This document shows positions 45,990 to 56,075 of a stretch of DNA of 64,000 nucleotides, one piece after another (positions within the stretch are counted from its first letter, which is position 1; each line of letters opens with the position of its first letter). The stretch comes from Clostridia bacterium (GTDB lineage: Bacteria > Bacillota > Clostridia > Oscillospirales > Acutalibacteraceae), in the NCBI GenBank assembly GCA_017938985.1, contig JAGBAK010000130.1:9263-73262 (forward strand), in the 5' to 3' direction. The notes beneath the pieces were generated by a model, which did no database searches, was not told the DNA's origin, and worked only from the letters and a program-made list of their open reading frames with translations. Position numbers and translations under genes: made by a program.

Positions 45990-46874
45990 TCAGAACGTTT
46001 TTACAAGTTCCTTGAGATAGGCTTTGAAATCGTCGCCGATTTCGGGGTGGTCAAGAGCAACCTCGCAGTTTGCTTTCATAATGCCGAGCTTGTTGCCCAT
46101 ATCGTATCTCTTGCCGTCAAAGTCATAAGCGATGAGCTTATCCTGCATACCGAGCTCTGTCATAACGTCGGTAAAATAGAATTCCTCGCCTTCGGGAGTT
46201 GCGGCAAGACCTTTTTCAATCATACCGAAAACTTCAGGCGGCATAACAACTCTGCCGAGAATGGCGTAAAGCGAAAGAATCTGCTCGGGAGTGGGCTTTT
46301 CAATAATCTCGCGGCAGTTCATTGCTCTGTCTTCGCCCTCGATGGGTGAAACGCCGAGTGTGCAGTAGAGTCTGATAAGCTCTTCGGGAACTTCCTTGAC
46401 ACCGACAACGCCCTTGCCGTATTTTTCGTAGCAGCGGCAAAGCTGAGCTGTTACGGGGTCTTCCGAAATGATAACGTCATCGCCGTAAAGAACAACAAAA
46501 GGCTCGTCGCCTACAAAGGATTTGCCGCATAAAATGGCGTGAGCAAGACCCTTTGTTTCTTTCTGACGTACAAAGCAGATGTTTGCAAGATTTGCGCAGG
46601 CTTTTACATCCTCATAGAGCTTTGCTTTTGAGGGATTACCCTTAAGCTGGGCTTCAAGCTCAAAGGAATGGTCAAAGTGGTCTTCGATTGCACCTTTACC
46701 TCTGTTGGTTACAATAAGAATATCTTCGATACCTGCAGCAACCGCTTCTTCAACGATATACTGAATTGCGGGTTTATCAACAATGTTGAGCATTTCCTTT
46801 GGAACTGATTTTGATGCAGGCAGAACTCTTGTGCCAAGACCTGCTGCGGGAATAATCGCTTTTCTTACTTTCAT
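45990..46874 (-). CDS. galU: UTP--glucose-1-phosphate uridylyltransferase
   Basis: KAIIPAAGLGTRVLPASKSVPKEML, KGLAHA, GDD, IIEKP and RYDMG. Confidence 0.93.
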   Translation of the reverse strand: MKVRKAIIPAAGLGTRVLPASKSVPKEMLNIVDKPAIQYIVEEAVAAGIEDILIVTNRGKGAIEDHFDHSFELEAQLKGNPSKAKLYEDVKACANLANICFVRQKETKGLAHAILCGKSFVGDEPFVVLYGDDVIISEDPVTAQLCRCYEKYGKGVVGVKEVPEELIRLYCTLGVSPIEGEDRAMNCREIIEKPTPEQILSLYAILGRVVMPPEVFGMIEKGLAATPEGEEFYFTDVMTELGMQDKLIAYDFDGKRYDMGNKLGIMKANCEVALDHPEIGDDFKAYLKELVKTF

Positions 46875-46890
46875 AATGCTACCTCCGTTT

Positions 46891-47991
46891 TTATATGATT
46901 GTAGATAGTTTGTCTGCTGCCATAATGAATAGATTTATCAGAACCTGTTCGCCGAGATTACCTGCAAAATATGCAAGGAACGATACGCTGCCTCGGCGGA
47001 CGACCATCATTCTTCTTATGCCGTCATCGTCAACCGTGTTGTCAATCAGTTTCAAATCTGCCCGCACTTTTTTGTAGTACAGGATATCTGCCAGAAAACC
47101 GCACAGGAGTCTTTCGGCAAGCATAATACCTAAAAAAGCAAACGTGGGTGCGGCAATTCTTTTTGTGAATTCCATAGCCGCTTCTTCACTGAGCATATTG
47201 ATAAGCTGCGTTGCTGAAACTGTTGTTTCAAGATCAATACCGTTTTGCACCGCAACCTCTTCAAACGCAGCGGTCAGGGTGTTGAGCAAAGGTGTGCACA
47301 TCATCGACACCGCAATAAACGAAATAAGCAGAAATATGCCTGCCTTATACAGCTTTCTGAAAAGGAACCACTGCGGACCAAACAAAAACGCCACCCAGTT
47401 GAAGGGTAACTTTTTATTTGTTATTTTGCGGAATTTTGGAATATAGTGTTTGGCATTAAGCTGAACGTAAAGAGCGTAATCGCCAACCGTATAGCCACCG
47501 ATTTTTTCGTTTTCGTTGTCGCTGATTCCGTTCATAAACGGGTTGCCGCTGACATTTGGTGAAAGAAAGTTACCGCAAGCGCTGCATCTGAGAGAACCCT
47601 CGGGGTTATCTGCGCCGCAGAAAGGGCATTTTATTTGTTTTGCGTTATCAGTCTCACCAAAGAGAGCGCCGCAACCGCCGCAATGAAGCGCATCGGCAGG
47701 ATTTTCGCTGCCGCAGATGTGGCATACTATATTGTTGCTTTCGGTTGAATCAGAGTCAGCTTCGGCTGCCTGCGTTGCTTCGGAAGCGCTGACGGCAGGA
47801 CCGTTTTCAGATACTGAAGAATCAGGTGACCACACAAAGGTTTCTGAATGCAACTGAACGTTGACGCATTTGCCGTTTTTCAACCAGCACTCACGGTGGT
47901 GAGGTGTGGCACATTCGGGGCAGACTACAACGTCGTCATTTTCATTAAATACCGCTCCGCATACGGGACACGGCAAACCGTAATATTTCAT
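46891..47991 (-). CDS. Prokaryotic RING-like and zinc-ribbon membrane protein (DUF2628-like C-terminus)
   Basis: CPVC...VVCPECATPHHRECW...C, two further CxxCG...CxxCG ribbons, and FNWVAFLFGPQWFLFRKLY. Confidence 0.75.
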   Translation of the reverse strand: MKYYGLPCPVCGAVFNENDDVVVCPECATPHHRECWLKNGKCVNVQLHSETFVWSPDSSVSENGPAVSASEATQAAEADSDSTESNNIVCHICGSENPADALHCGGCGALFGETDNAKQIKCPFCGADNPEGSLRCSACGNFLSPNVSGNPFMNGISDNENEKIGGYTVGDYALYVQLNAKHYIPKFRKITNKKLPFNWVAFLFGPQWFLFRKLYKAGIFLLISFIAVSMMCTPLLNTLTAAFEEVAVQNGIDLETTVSATQLINMLSEEAAMEFTKRIAAPTFAFLGIMLAERLLCGFLADILYYKKVRADLKLIDNTVDDDGIRRMMVVRRGSVSFLAYFAGNLGEQVLINLFIMAADKLSTII

Positions 47992-48181
47992 TCGGGTTTC
48001 ACACTTTCATAAAAATATATACTATATCATTTTAACTAATAGTCAGCAAAATTTCAATTGCTTTTTAAAAATATTTATGAATATTAAAAAATAAAATAAA
48101 CATAAAATAATTTTTGGCTTTACAAGTGACAAATTATTAGTTATAATACATCTTGAAAAAATACGCTTTAGGAGATTTTTT

Positions 48182-49291
48182 ATGATTCAGTTTGAAGAAT
48201 TAAGGCTTTCGGTTCTCGAATATGAAGAAAAACTCAAGCAGCTTCGTGATGCCCTCGGCCTTGATGCAATGAGCAAAGAGGCTGCCGAGCTTGAAGAGCA
48301 GACAGCACAGGACGGTTTCTGGAATGACCTTGCAAACTCGCAGAAGGTTCAGCAGAGAATCAGCCAGCTCAAAAATAAAATAAATGCATATAATTCCCTT
48401 GAGGGTGAATATAACGACGCACTTGTTCTTATTGAGCTTGCAGACGAGGCGGAAGACCTTGAAATGCTTGACGAATGCAAGGATGCGGTCAACAGCTTTA
48501 TCTCAAAGCTTGACGCTATGACGCTCAGCACTCTTCTTTCGGGCGAATACGATGCAAAGAACTGCATTCTTACTTTCCACGCAGGTGCAGGCGGCACAGA
48601 GGCTCAGGACTGGAACCAGATGCTTGTAAGAATGTATCAGCACTGGGGCGAAAAGCACGGCTTCAAGGTCAGCATGATCGACTTCCTTGACGGCGACGAA
48701 GCAGGTCTCAAATCTGCCGTTCTTCTTGTTGAGGGCGAAAATGCTTACGGCTACCTCAAGGGCGAAATGGGCGTTCACCGCCTTGTAAGAGTTTCGCCGT
48801 TCGATGCTTCGGGCAGACGCCACACGTCGTTCGCTTCACTTGAAGTTATGCCTGAAATTGACGATACCGTTGAGGTTGAAATCAACCCCGATGACCTCAA
48901 GATTGACTATTACCGTTCCAGCGGTGCGGGCGGTCAGAAGGTTAACAAAACGTCATCAGCCGTTCGAATCACTCATATCCCCACGGGCATTGTCTGCGCT
49001 TGCCAGGTTGAAAGAAGCCAGCATCAGAACAGAGAAGTTGCAATGAAGATGCTCAAATCAAAGCTTATTGAAATCAAGGAACGCGAACACCTTGACAAGA
49101 TTGACGATATCAAGGGCGAACAGAGAGAAATTGCATGGGGCAGCCAGATTCGTTCCTATGTATTTATGCCCTATACCCTTGCCAAAGACCACCGCACAGG
49201 CTTTGAAGCAGGCAACATCAACGCTGTTATGGACGGTGATATTGACGGCTTTATCAATGCTTATCTCAAAATGGAATCATTAAAGAACTAA
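48182..49291 (+). CDS. prfB: Peptide chain release factor 2 (no programmed frameshift)
   Basis: SPF tripeptide (VSPFD), GGQ and WGSQIRSY; continuous reading frame. Confidence 0.96.
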   Translation: MIQFEELRLSVLEYEEKLKQLRDALGLDAMSKEAAELEEQTAQDGFWNDLANSQKVQQRISQLKNKINAYNSLEGEYNDALVLIELADEAEDLEMLDECKDAVNSFISKLDAMTLSTLLSGEYDAKNCILTFHAGAGGTEAQDWNQMLVRMYQHWGEKHGFKVSMIDFLDGDEAGLKSAVLLVEGENAYGYLKGEMGVHRLVRVSPFDASGRRHTSFASLEVMPEIDDTVEVEINPDDLKIDYYRSSGAGGQKVNKTSSAVRITHIPTGIVCACQVERSQHQNREVAMKMLKSKLIEIKEREHLDKIDDIKGEQREIAWGSQIRSYVFMPYTLAKDHRTGFEAGNINAVMDGDIDGFINAYLKMESLKN

Positions 49292-49320
49292 CCTTCTTTT
49301 ATGTTACAGGAGGCGGCAAA

Positions 49321-49923
49321 ATGGAATTTATTGATATAACCAAAAGGTATTTCAGTTGTGAGGTTTATCCCGGTGACCCCAAGCCTGAGGCAGAACAGAT
49401 TGCCGAAATCGGCAAAGATTCCGAATGCAACCTTTCCGTTGTTCACGCTTGCGTTCATACAGGCACTCACGCCGATGCGCCTCTTCATTTTTTGCCGGGC
49501 GGAACGCCCATTGACGAAATGGTTCTTGATGCTTATATCGGACCCTGCACCGTTATTGAGGTTCCGGGCGGAGTTATAACAGGGGACTACGTTGACAGAT
49601 ATTTCCCCAAAAACTGCAAAAGGCTGCTGATTAAAGGCGGCGGCAGAGCTTTCTTTATGGATTCCTCTGCGCAGGAAATTGCGGACAGAGGACTGCTGCT
49701 TATCGGAACGGATGCTTTATCCGTTGGCAGCAAAGGCAATCAGGTCGGTCCGCACAGAGCTTTTCTCGGCGAAGGGGTTGCGATTTTAGAGGGTCTTGAA
49801 TTAACCAGAGTTGAGCCGGGGGAATATTTTTTGTTTGCGCCGCCCGTACCGTATGACGGTCTTGACGGTGCGCCTGTAAGAGCCGTTCTGATTTCGGACT
49901 ATATTTTCTGGTCCAAAAAATAA
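49321..49923 (+). CDS. Cyclase/kynurenine formamidase family protein
   Basis: YPGDP, HTGTHADAPLH, GTDALS, ILEGL and DGAPVRAV. Confidence 0.88.
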   Translation: MEFIDITKRYFSCEVYPGDPKPEAEQIAEIGKDSECNLSVVHACVHTGTHADAPLHFLPGGTPIDEMVLDAYIGPCTVIEVPGGVITGDYVDRYFPKNCKRLLIKGGGRAFFMDSSAQEIADRGLLLIGTDALSVGSKGNQVGPHRAFLGEGVAILEGLELTRVEPGEYFLFAPPVPYDGLDGAPVRAVLISDYIFWSKK

Positions 49924-49999
49924 TACGTACTTTTGTTATCAGCAATCAAATGTAAATTGATTTTAATAAAAGTATTACATCTGCATTACGAGGTGTAAA

Positions 50000-50590
50000 A
50001 TGAAACGATTTTTCGATTTTACGGTGAGCCTGTTGCTCATCATAGTGCTGATGCCCGTGTTTCTTATTATTGCGCTGATTGTGCTTGTTGATTCGGGTTC
50101 GCCTGTTATTTTTAAGCAGTACAGAGTCGGCAAGGACAACAAACTGTTTTATATTTATAAGTTCCGCACAATGAAGGTCAACACACGCAACGCATCCACC
50201 GATGACCTTGTTGAAGCGGAATCGGTTATCACAAAAAGCGGACGCATTCTGCGCAAGACCAGTCTTGACGAATTGCCGCAGCTTTTTAACGTGCTTACGG
50301 GCAAAATGAGCTTTGTCGGTCCCAGACCTCTGATTCCCGAAGAAAAGGAAATCAGGCAGATAAGAAAGGAATATAACGTTTATTCTGTAAGACCCGGCAT
50401 AACGGGACTTGCTCAGGTCAACGGCAGAGATATGCTCGGAGCAAAAGAAAAAGCTCTGTTTGACAAAGAATATGTCGAAAAACAGAGCATTTTGCTTGAT
50501 ATAAAAATTATGTTTAAAACCGTTATGGTAGTTATCAAAAGAGAAAACATATCAGAGGGCGGCGAAGCAAATAACTCACGCAAGGTGTGA
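50000..50590 (+). CDS. Sugar transferase (priming polyprenyl-phosphate glycosylphosphotransferase)
   Basis: KRFFD, KFRTM, RKTSLDELPQLFNVL, MSFVGPRP and PGITGLAQV. Confidence 0.92.
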   Translation: MKRFFDFTVSLLLIIVLMPVFLIIALIVLVDSGSPVIFKQYRVGKDNKLFYIYKFRTMKVNTRNASTDDLVEAESVITKSGRILRKTSLDELPQLFNVLTGKMSFVGPRPLIPEEKEIRQIRKEYNVYSVRPGITGLAQVNGRDMLGAKEKALFDKEYVEKQSILLDIKIMFKTVMVVIKRENISEGGEANNSRKV

Positions 50591-50598
50591 GTTTGCGA

Positions 50599-51492
50599 TT
50601 ATGCAAGCCCGAGATACTCTTCAAGGCATTCGCCGCTTGCTTTCATTTCTTTTGCGGCTTCAACGCCTACATATCTCCAGTGCCAGGGTTCATAAATAAT
50701 TTTTGTGATATCCTGCTTATCCTCGGGATAACGGAGAATAAAGCCGTAATCTGCGGCGTTTTCGCAGAGCCATTCAAATTCTTTGGTATCCTCAAAATTC
50801 TGTTCAAGGCTGCATATGTCCATTGCAAGACCTGCGTTATGCTCGCTTGTTCCGGGTGGCAGAATAATTGTGGCGGCTTCTTGCGTTGCCTCCACCTTGC
50901 TGTAGCCCTGGTCGATATAATAATTTATTTTTCTTTCAAAGTTTCTTGTCTGGCGCTCAACGGAACGGTACCCCGAAACGGGAACAAGATGTATGCCGTC
51001 TTCGTAAGCTGCTTTATACATTTCATTATAATAAGGAGCAACTCTTTCGTCGAGATACATATCGTCAAAGCCGCTTTCAACTGCGTTGGCAAGCTCGGGT
51101 TTGTATCCGTCGGGCAGAATGTAGTCCCTGTTGACAAGAATCAGACGCCAGTCAGAAACGTTCATATCGGCATAGGCGGGTTCAAAACCTGCATAGGCGT
51201 ATTTATATCCACTGTCTGAAGTTTCTTCAGGTTTTGTGGGTACCTCAACAGATTCCGTATGTTTTTCTGTTTCGGGAGCATCGGTTTCGTGCTCGGTGAC
51301 GGTATCAGTCTCATCGTGAAAAGTGAGTTCAATTCCGAGATAATCAGATTTGCTTTCACTCTCACGTTCACTTGTGTAAGTATGTTTTTTGCTGTTTTTT
51401 TCTGTTCTGTCAGATTTTGTATCGTCGGCGCTGCAAGCAGCAAGAGAGACGGCAAGGATTCCCGCAACTGCGGCAATAAAATATTTTTTCAT
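50599..51492 (-). CDS. M15B D-Ala-D-Ala carboxypeptidase lipoprotein (VanY/LdcB-like)
   Basis: Lipobox LAAC, SGYRS, PGTSEHNAGLAMD and YEPWHWRYVG. Confidence 0.9.
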   Translation of the reverse strand: MKKYFIAAVAGILAVSLAACSADDTKSDRTEKNSKKHTYTSERESESKSDYLGIELTFHDETDTVTEHETDAPETEKHTESVEVPTKPEETSDSGYKYAYAGFEPAYADMNVSDWRLILVNRDYILPDGYKPELANAVESGFDDMYLDERVAPYYNEMYKAAYEDGIHLVPVSGYRSVERQTRNFERKINYYIDQGYSKVEATQEAATIILPPGTSEHNAGLAMDICSLEQNFEDTKEFEWLCENAADYGFILRYPEDKQDITKIIYEPWHWRYVGVEAAKEMKASGECLEEYLGLA

Positions 51493-51650
51493 ACGTTAAC
51501 CTCCGCTGAATGATATTAATTACAGCAATATATATTCTACAACTAATCAAAGCCGTTGTCAAACGGTTGAAAAAAATTAATAATTACGTAAAAATACTGC
51601 TGACAGTTTTTATATGCCGATGAATCGGCAAAAGAAAGGAGATGTTTGTT

Positions 51651-52925
51651 TTGAAAGCAAACGAAAGCGTACAAAACTATCCTTCCGAAAGAAGAATGTA
51701 TGCGAACTACACAGCAAGAAGCATCAAAAAGGTGTGCAAGGAAATCGGACCCCGATTTGCCGGCTCCGAGCAGGAAAAGAAAGCCGTTGAATATATGGCG
51801 GAAGATCTTAAGACCTGCTGCGACGAGGTTGGCATGGATGAATACACCGTCAGCCCTATGGCTTTCCTCGGTTGGATTCCGCTCTCGGTTATCCTTATGA
51901 CAATTTCATCGCTGCTTTTCTTTGCGGTTGCATTTTTCGGACTTGCTTATCAGCTTCTTTTTGTTTCGGTTGCTCTTGTTGCAGTCTGCCTTTTCTTCAT
52001 AATAACAGAGTTTCTTTTCTATAAAGAAACACTTGACCCGTTTATGAAGAAAAAAACTTCTTATAACGCCTACGGCTACAGAAAAGCTTCGGGCGAAACC
52101 AAACGACGCATCATTTTCTGCGGTCACGCCGACTCGTCAATGGAATGGCGTTTCACATATTACGGCGGACCCAAGCTGGTTATTCCCGTAATCGGCGGCA
52201 GCTTTGTGGGCATTCTGGTTACTCTTGTTTGTGACATCATTGTTATTGCAAAGTGCTTTGCAGATCCCGCATTTATTGAAACAAAGGCTGTTGACGTTAT
52301 CAGCTACGTTCTTCTCGGCTTTGTTGTAATTTTCCTTTGCGCTTCGCTTTTCTATGACAAAAAGCGCATTGTTGAAGGTGCAAACGATAACCTTACCGGC
52401 TGCTTTGCATCAATTGCAATGCTTAAATATCTCAAGGACCATGATATCCGCTTTGAAAACACAGAGGTATGGGCACTTTGCGCCGGCTCCGAAGAAATCG
52501 GTCTCCGAGGTTCAAAGGCTTTCTGTGAAAAGCACGGCAAAGAGCTTGCTGACGTTGAAACCGTTTTTATCGCTCTCGATACAATCCGTGACTTTGATTT
52601 TATGGCAGTCTATAATAAGGATATGACATTCACGGTAAACAATGATGCCGAGGTATGCAACCTTATCAAAGCAGGCGGTAAAATTGCAGGCTATGACCTT
52701 CCTTTCAAGCCTGTATCTCTTGGTGCTACAGATGCTGCTGCAGTCACAAAGAGCAAGTGCGGAATGAAGGCTGCAGCCTTTGCTGCTATGGACCCTGCTC
52801 CCGCACGTTATTACCACACAAGACTTGATACTCACGAAAACCTTGACCTCAAAACAATTGAAGCAGGCGTGGATATCTGCCTTGAAACAATGTTCCTCTA
52901 TGACGAAAAAGGTCTTAACGTTTGA
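51651..52925 (+). CDS. Membrane-inserted M28 family peptidase
   Basis: IGPRFAGS, GHADS, GANDN, GSEEIGLRGS and YYHTRLD with TM insertions. TTG start fits the RBS spacing better than the ATG at 51642. Confidence 0.8.
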   Translation: MKANESVQNYPSERRMYANYTARSIKKVCKEIGPRFAGSEQEKKAVEYMAEDLKTCCDEVGMDEYTVSPMAFLGWIPLSVILMTISSLLFFAVAFFGLAYQLLFVSVALVAVCLFFIITEFLFYKETLDPFMKKKTSYNAYGYRKASGETKRRIIFCGHADSSMEWRFTYYGGPKLVIPVIGGSFVGILVTLVCDIIVIAKCFADPAFIETKAVDVISYVLLGFVVIFLCASLFYDKKRIVEGANDNLTGCFASIAMLKYLKDHDIRFENTEVWALCAGSEEIGLRGSKAFCEKHGKELADVETVFIALDTIRDFDFMAVYNKDMTFTVNNDAEVCNLIKAGGKIAGYDLPFKPVSLGATDAAAVTKSKCGMKAAAFAAMDPAPARYYHTRLDTHENLDLKTIEAGVDICLETMFLYDEKGLNV

Positions 52926-53080
52926 ATGATTGGGCAATTTTAACAAATAACCGCTCATATTTTCAAACCTTTTAACAAAAATTTTTGTTTTTGAAAATTT
53001 TTCTGTTTTATTGCAGTAATATATGCTATAATTAGAAAATAGCAATGGCATATGCTGCTTGCGAAAGGAGAAACATCACA

Positions 53081-54028
53081 ATGAACAAGAAAATTCTTGC
53101 AGTTATAAGCGTAATTCTTACTCTTACAATGCTCCTCGGTTTTGCGGGCTGTCAGTCTGAAGGAGAAGAGCAGGTTACTTATGCGGTAAAGACACCTCTT
53201 TCAATCGAAAACCGTACAGAGATCGACGATGCAGGTGCGGCTCATACTCTTCCCACATACTCACCCGAAGAGGCTGAAATCAACACAACCGACATCTTTG
53301 CATATATCCAGACTATCCTTCCCGAGCTTAAAGAAGCAGAGGCAGGCGTTAAAATCGGTCTTTCAAAGGGTATTGTGAAAGCAAAGAATGAAAAGGACGA
53401 AGAGCTTCCCTGCAGCGATAACGATACACTTAACGCTGTTGTTAACACACTCTCAAAGCATATGCTCGTCACAGGTCCCACAGAAGAAAACAAGGACGGC
53501 GGCTATGTTGGCATGGATAAAACAGGTCAGCTTGTTGTTTTCAACGGTGAATCGGCATACGGTAAGGCTGAACTTGAAAAGGTTATTCCCTTTGAACACA
53601 TCGGTTCCCTTACACGTGAAAACGTTGAGAAGGCAATCTGCGTTGACGAAGGTCCTCTCAGAATCGTAACCATCACTCTTAAGGATGCATTCCCTCCCGA
53701 AATGGTTCAGAATATCTATAACCAGGGTATTGCACAGGACGACATCAAAACTGCCGTTCTTGCAGAGCTTGCAACGGCTGACGACTTTATGAAGGTTGTT
53801 GAACCCGAAAATATCGGCGTTTCATATGACAACTGCCAGCTTGTTATCACAATCAACCTTGAAACAGACGAAATCACAGCTATCGAATACATCAAGCGTG
53901 CAAATATCAGCACAAAGGTTGTTGGCATCGGTACAATGGAAGGACTTAAGGAAACTCCTCTTAATTTCTGCTATGAAAGCTTCCTTAAGTATGAAATCGA
54001 CAGAAACAATCCTGCTGACGCTGAATAA
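53081..54028 (+). CDS. Uncharacterised lipoprotein
   Basis: RBS GAAAGGAG and lipobox FAGC. Confidence 0.7.
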   Translation: MNKKILAVISVILTLTMLLGFAGCQSEGEEQVTYAVKTPLSIENRTEIDDAGAAHTLPTYSPEEAEINTTDIFAYIQTILPELKEAEAGVKIGLSKGIVKAKNEKDEELPCSDNDTLNAVVNTLSKHMLVTGPTEENKDGGYVGMDKTGQLVVFNGESAYGKAELEKVIPFEHIGSLTRENVEKAICVDEGPLRIVTITLKDAFPPEMVQNIYNQGIAQDDIKTAVLAELATADDFMKVVEPENIGVSYDNCQLVITINLETDEITAIEYIKRANISTKVVGIGTMEGLKETPLNFCYESFLKYEIDRNNPADAE

Positions 54029-54169
54029 TTCAACATCACACAAGCCGCACCTGTTTTGGTGCGGCTTTTTTCTGCCGTGAAGCCGTTTGAAATAATTTCG
54101 GTTGACTTTTACAAAAGATAATATATAATTGAATAAGGTAACAAAGACAATCGGATTGGAGAAACGAAC

Positions 54170-54640
54170 ATGAAAAAAATTCTTGCAATGATATCGGTAT
54201 TGTCGGTGATGCTTTCGTTTGCAGCGTGCAGCTCATCGAAAAAGGATCCTAAAACAACGGTTGTTCCTTATGAGTCTGACGCAGTAACACAGTCGCCGAT
54301 AGCTGAAAAACAGAATCAGAAAGTTGCCGAAAAATTCGGTGTTTCAATTGAGAACAAAATAATCATCGGTTACATCGGTGAAAATGAATATGTAAAATAT
54401 ATTGTTACAGAATATGATGAAGCTACAGGCAACTACAGAAAGGGTCAGGAGCATTACCTCTTCCACAGTGAAAGCGCTTATAAGGCTGCACTTCTGAAAT
54501 ACGGTGACAGCTATGCCGAGAAAGACGATGATGCATGGTATCTTGTTGTTGCTTCAGGTTTTGCCGGAACAAACTACAGCGCTGACTTTGAAAAGCTCGA
54601 TAAGGATTACGATATCAAAACGCAAACAGGTGTTCAATAA
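54170..54640 (+). CDS. Uncharacterised lipoprotein related to 19087 and 19639
   Basis: Lipobox FAAC; HYLFHSESAYKAAL resembles HKFYADEASYQAAL. Confidence 0.7.
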   Translation: MKKILAMISVLSVMLSFAACSSSKKDPKTTVVPYESDAVTQSPIAEKQNQKVAEKFGVSIENKIIIGYIGENEYVKYIVTEYDEATGNYRKGQEHYLFHSESAYKAALLKYGDSYAEKDDDAWYLVVASGFAGTNYSADFEKLDKDYDIKTQTGVQ

Positions 54641-54817
54641 GACAGTTTTATTAAACAAAAAACAGGCTTGTGAGAAATTATTTTTTCTGCAAGCCTGTTT
54701 AGTTTTTTATTGGAAATATAAAGCCGTTTTCTCGGTCAATCGGTAAAGATTACCCATATCATTTCAAAGAGAATAGTAGTATTATATATTGGACTTTTGA
54801 AAGGGGACAAATACAGC

Positions 54818-56023
54818 ATGAAGAAAATTACAGCGATTTTTATGTCACTTGTGCTTGTGTTTTCGTTTACAGTTGCACCTGTAAATGCGAATGAAAAAAC
54901 GGCAGACATAGGCAAAACGGAGATTATGACCGTTGATGAATACAGACAGATGCTTATTGAGGAAGGATATCCTGCGTTAACAACCGACAGATACCTTAAG
55001 GCAGCAGGATTCTTTTCGGATATGATCAGACTTCTCACGGGTCAGATTTTAAAACCCAAAAAGCATTTCAACGTAACAACCGATGACGTTATCAAAGAAA
55101 TCAGCGAATACGCTCTTGCACGCTCGGGCTTTGATATGGAAAAGGTTCTGCACCGTCTGCCCGATATCAATAAGCCTGCCGAGTTTGTGGTTAATACGTT
55201 TAACCTTGATACAACCGAACTGCGCAACAATTTTTATGCCGCGCGCGATGAGGCTTATGAAAACGGTGACGGAACAAAGGGCGGTATCTGCCATTTTCTC
55301 GGCGTTTATATGAGCATAATTGAGCTCTGTGAGCTTTATGCCGTACCTGTTGGCGAGAATGGCGAGATTTATCAGATAATGATGCGTTTTACCTATAAAG
55401 ACGGTACGCAGGAGGAAACGTCGCCGGGCATTTACATAAACACGGTTACGGGTGAATGCACAAACCATGATGATTCGGGAATGTGCGGCATAGGTTTTAA
55501 TTTCAACATTGCGGAAATGACAATGTATGCAACCGTCGGCTGCTGGATGAGAAACTTTGGTTTCTGCCTGTTTTATGACGTAGCCGCAAGCACAATGCCT
55601 TATTTCTTTAATTATAACACAAGAAGATTCAAGTTTGATTATGACGGCCGTGAATGGATGATTCAGATTTGGAAAGGCAACTATATCATAACAAACGGTG
55701 CGGAGGTTGGTCTCTACAGCAGGGATGCGGAAAAATCCGGGACTTATTATGACAGTGCAACCGATGAGCAGATGCTTGAAATGTCAATGCAGGTTTATGC
55801 GGGCGATAAGCTGCTTGTCAATAAGCCGCTTCAGAAGCATTGGTGGATTAACGGCTTCAACCTCAGCGGCAGAATGTATCTGCCGTCAACCCTGACTCTT
55901 AAATTCAGCATTGTTATGCCCGATGAAGAAATGCTTCAGGCATTCTGTGAATCAATTGATAACCACTACAGAAAAGACGTGACGTATACCGTTGACGGAC
56001 TTACAGTAAACGTGGTATGGTAA
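54818..56023 (+). CDS. Secreted DUF4474-domain protein
   Basis: Signal peptide; CWMRNFGFCLFYD, FDYDGREWMIQIWKGNY, GAEVGLY and HWWINGF. Confidence 0.8.
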   Translation: MKKITAIFMSLVLVFSFTVAPVNANEKTADIGKTEIMTVDEYRQMLIEEGYPALTTDRYLKAAGFFSDMIRLLTGQILKPKKHFNVTTDDVIKEISEYALARSGFDMEKVLHRLPDINKPAEFVVNTFNLDTTELRNNFYAARDEAYENGDGTKGGICHFLGVYMSIIELCELYAVPVGENGEIYQIMMRFTYKDGTQEETSPGIYINTVTGECTNHDDSGMCGIGFNFNIAEMTMYATVGCWMRNFGFCLFYDVAASTMPYFFNYNTRRFKFDYDGREWMIQIWKGNYIITNGAEVGLYSRDAEKSGTYYDSATDEQMLEMSMQVYAGDKLLVNKPLQKHWWINGFNLSGRMYLPSTLTLKFSIVMPDEEMLQAFCESIDNHYRKDVTYTVDGLTVNVVW

Positions 56024-56027
56024 AAAC

Positions 56028-56060
56028 AAAAGGAGCTGTTCGTTTGAACAGCTCCTTATT
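56028..56060. terminator. Bidirectional terminator
   Basis: AAGGAGCTGTTC-GTTT-GAACAGCTCCTT. Confidence 0.8.
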
Positions 56061-56075
56061 TATTGCTTCATTAAA

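Noticed and set aside
50599-51492. Vancomycin resistance (vanY-like gene, plus sanA-like gene at 28718)
   Set aside because: No vanHAX or vanRS genes; both families are common housekeeping envelope proteins.
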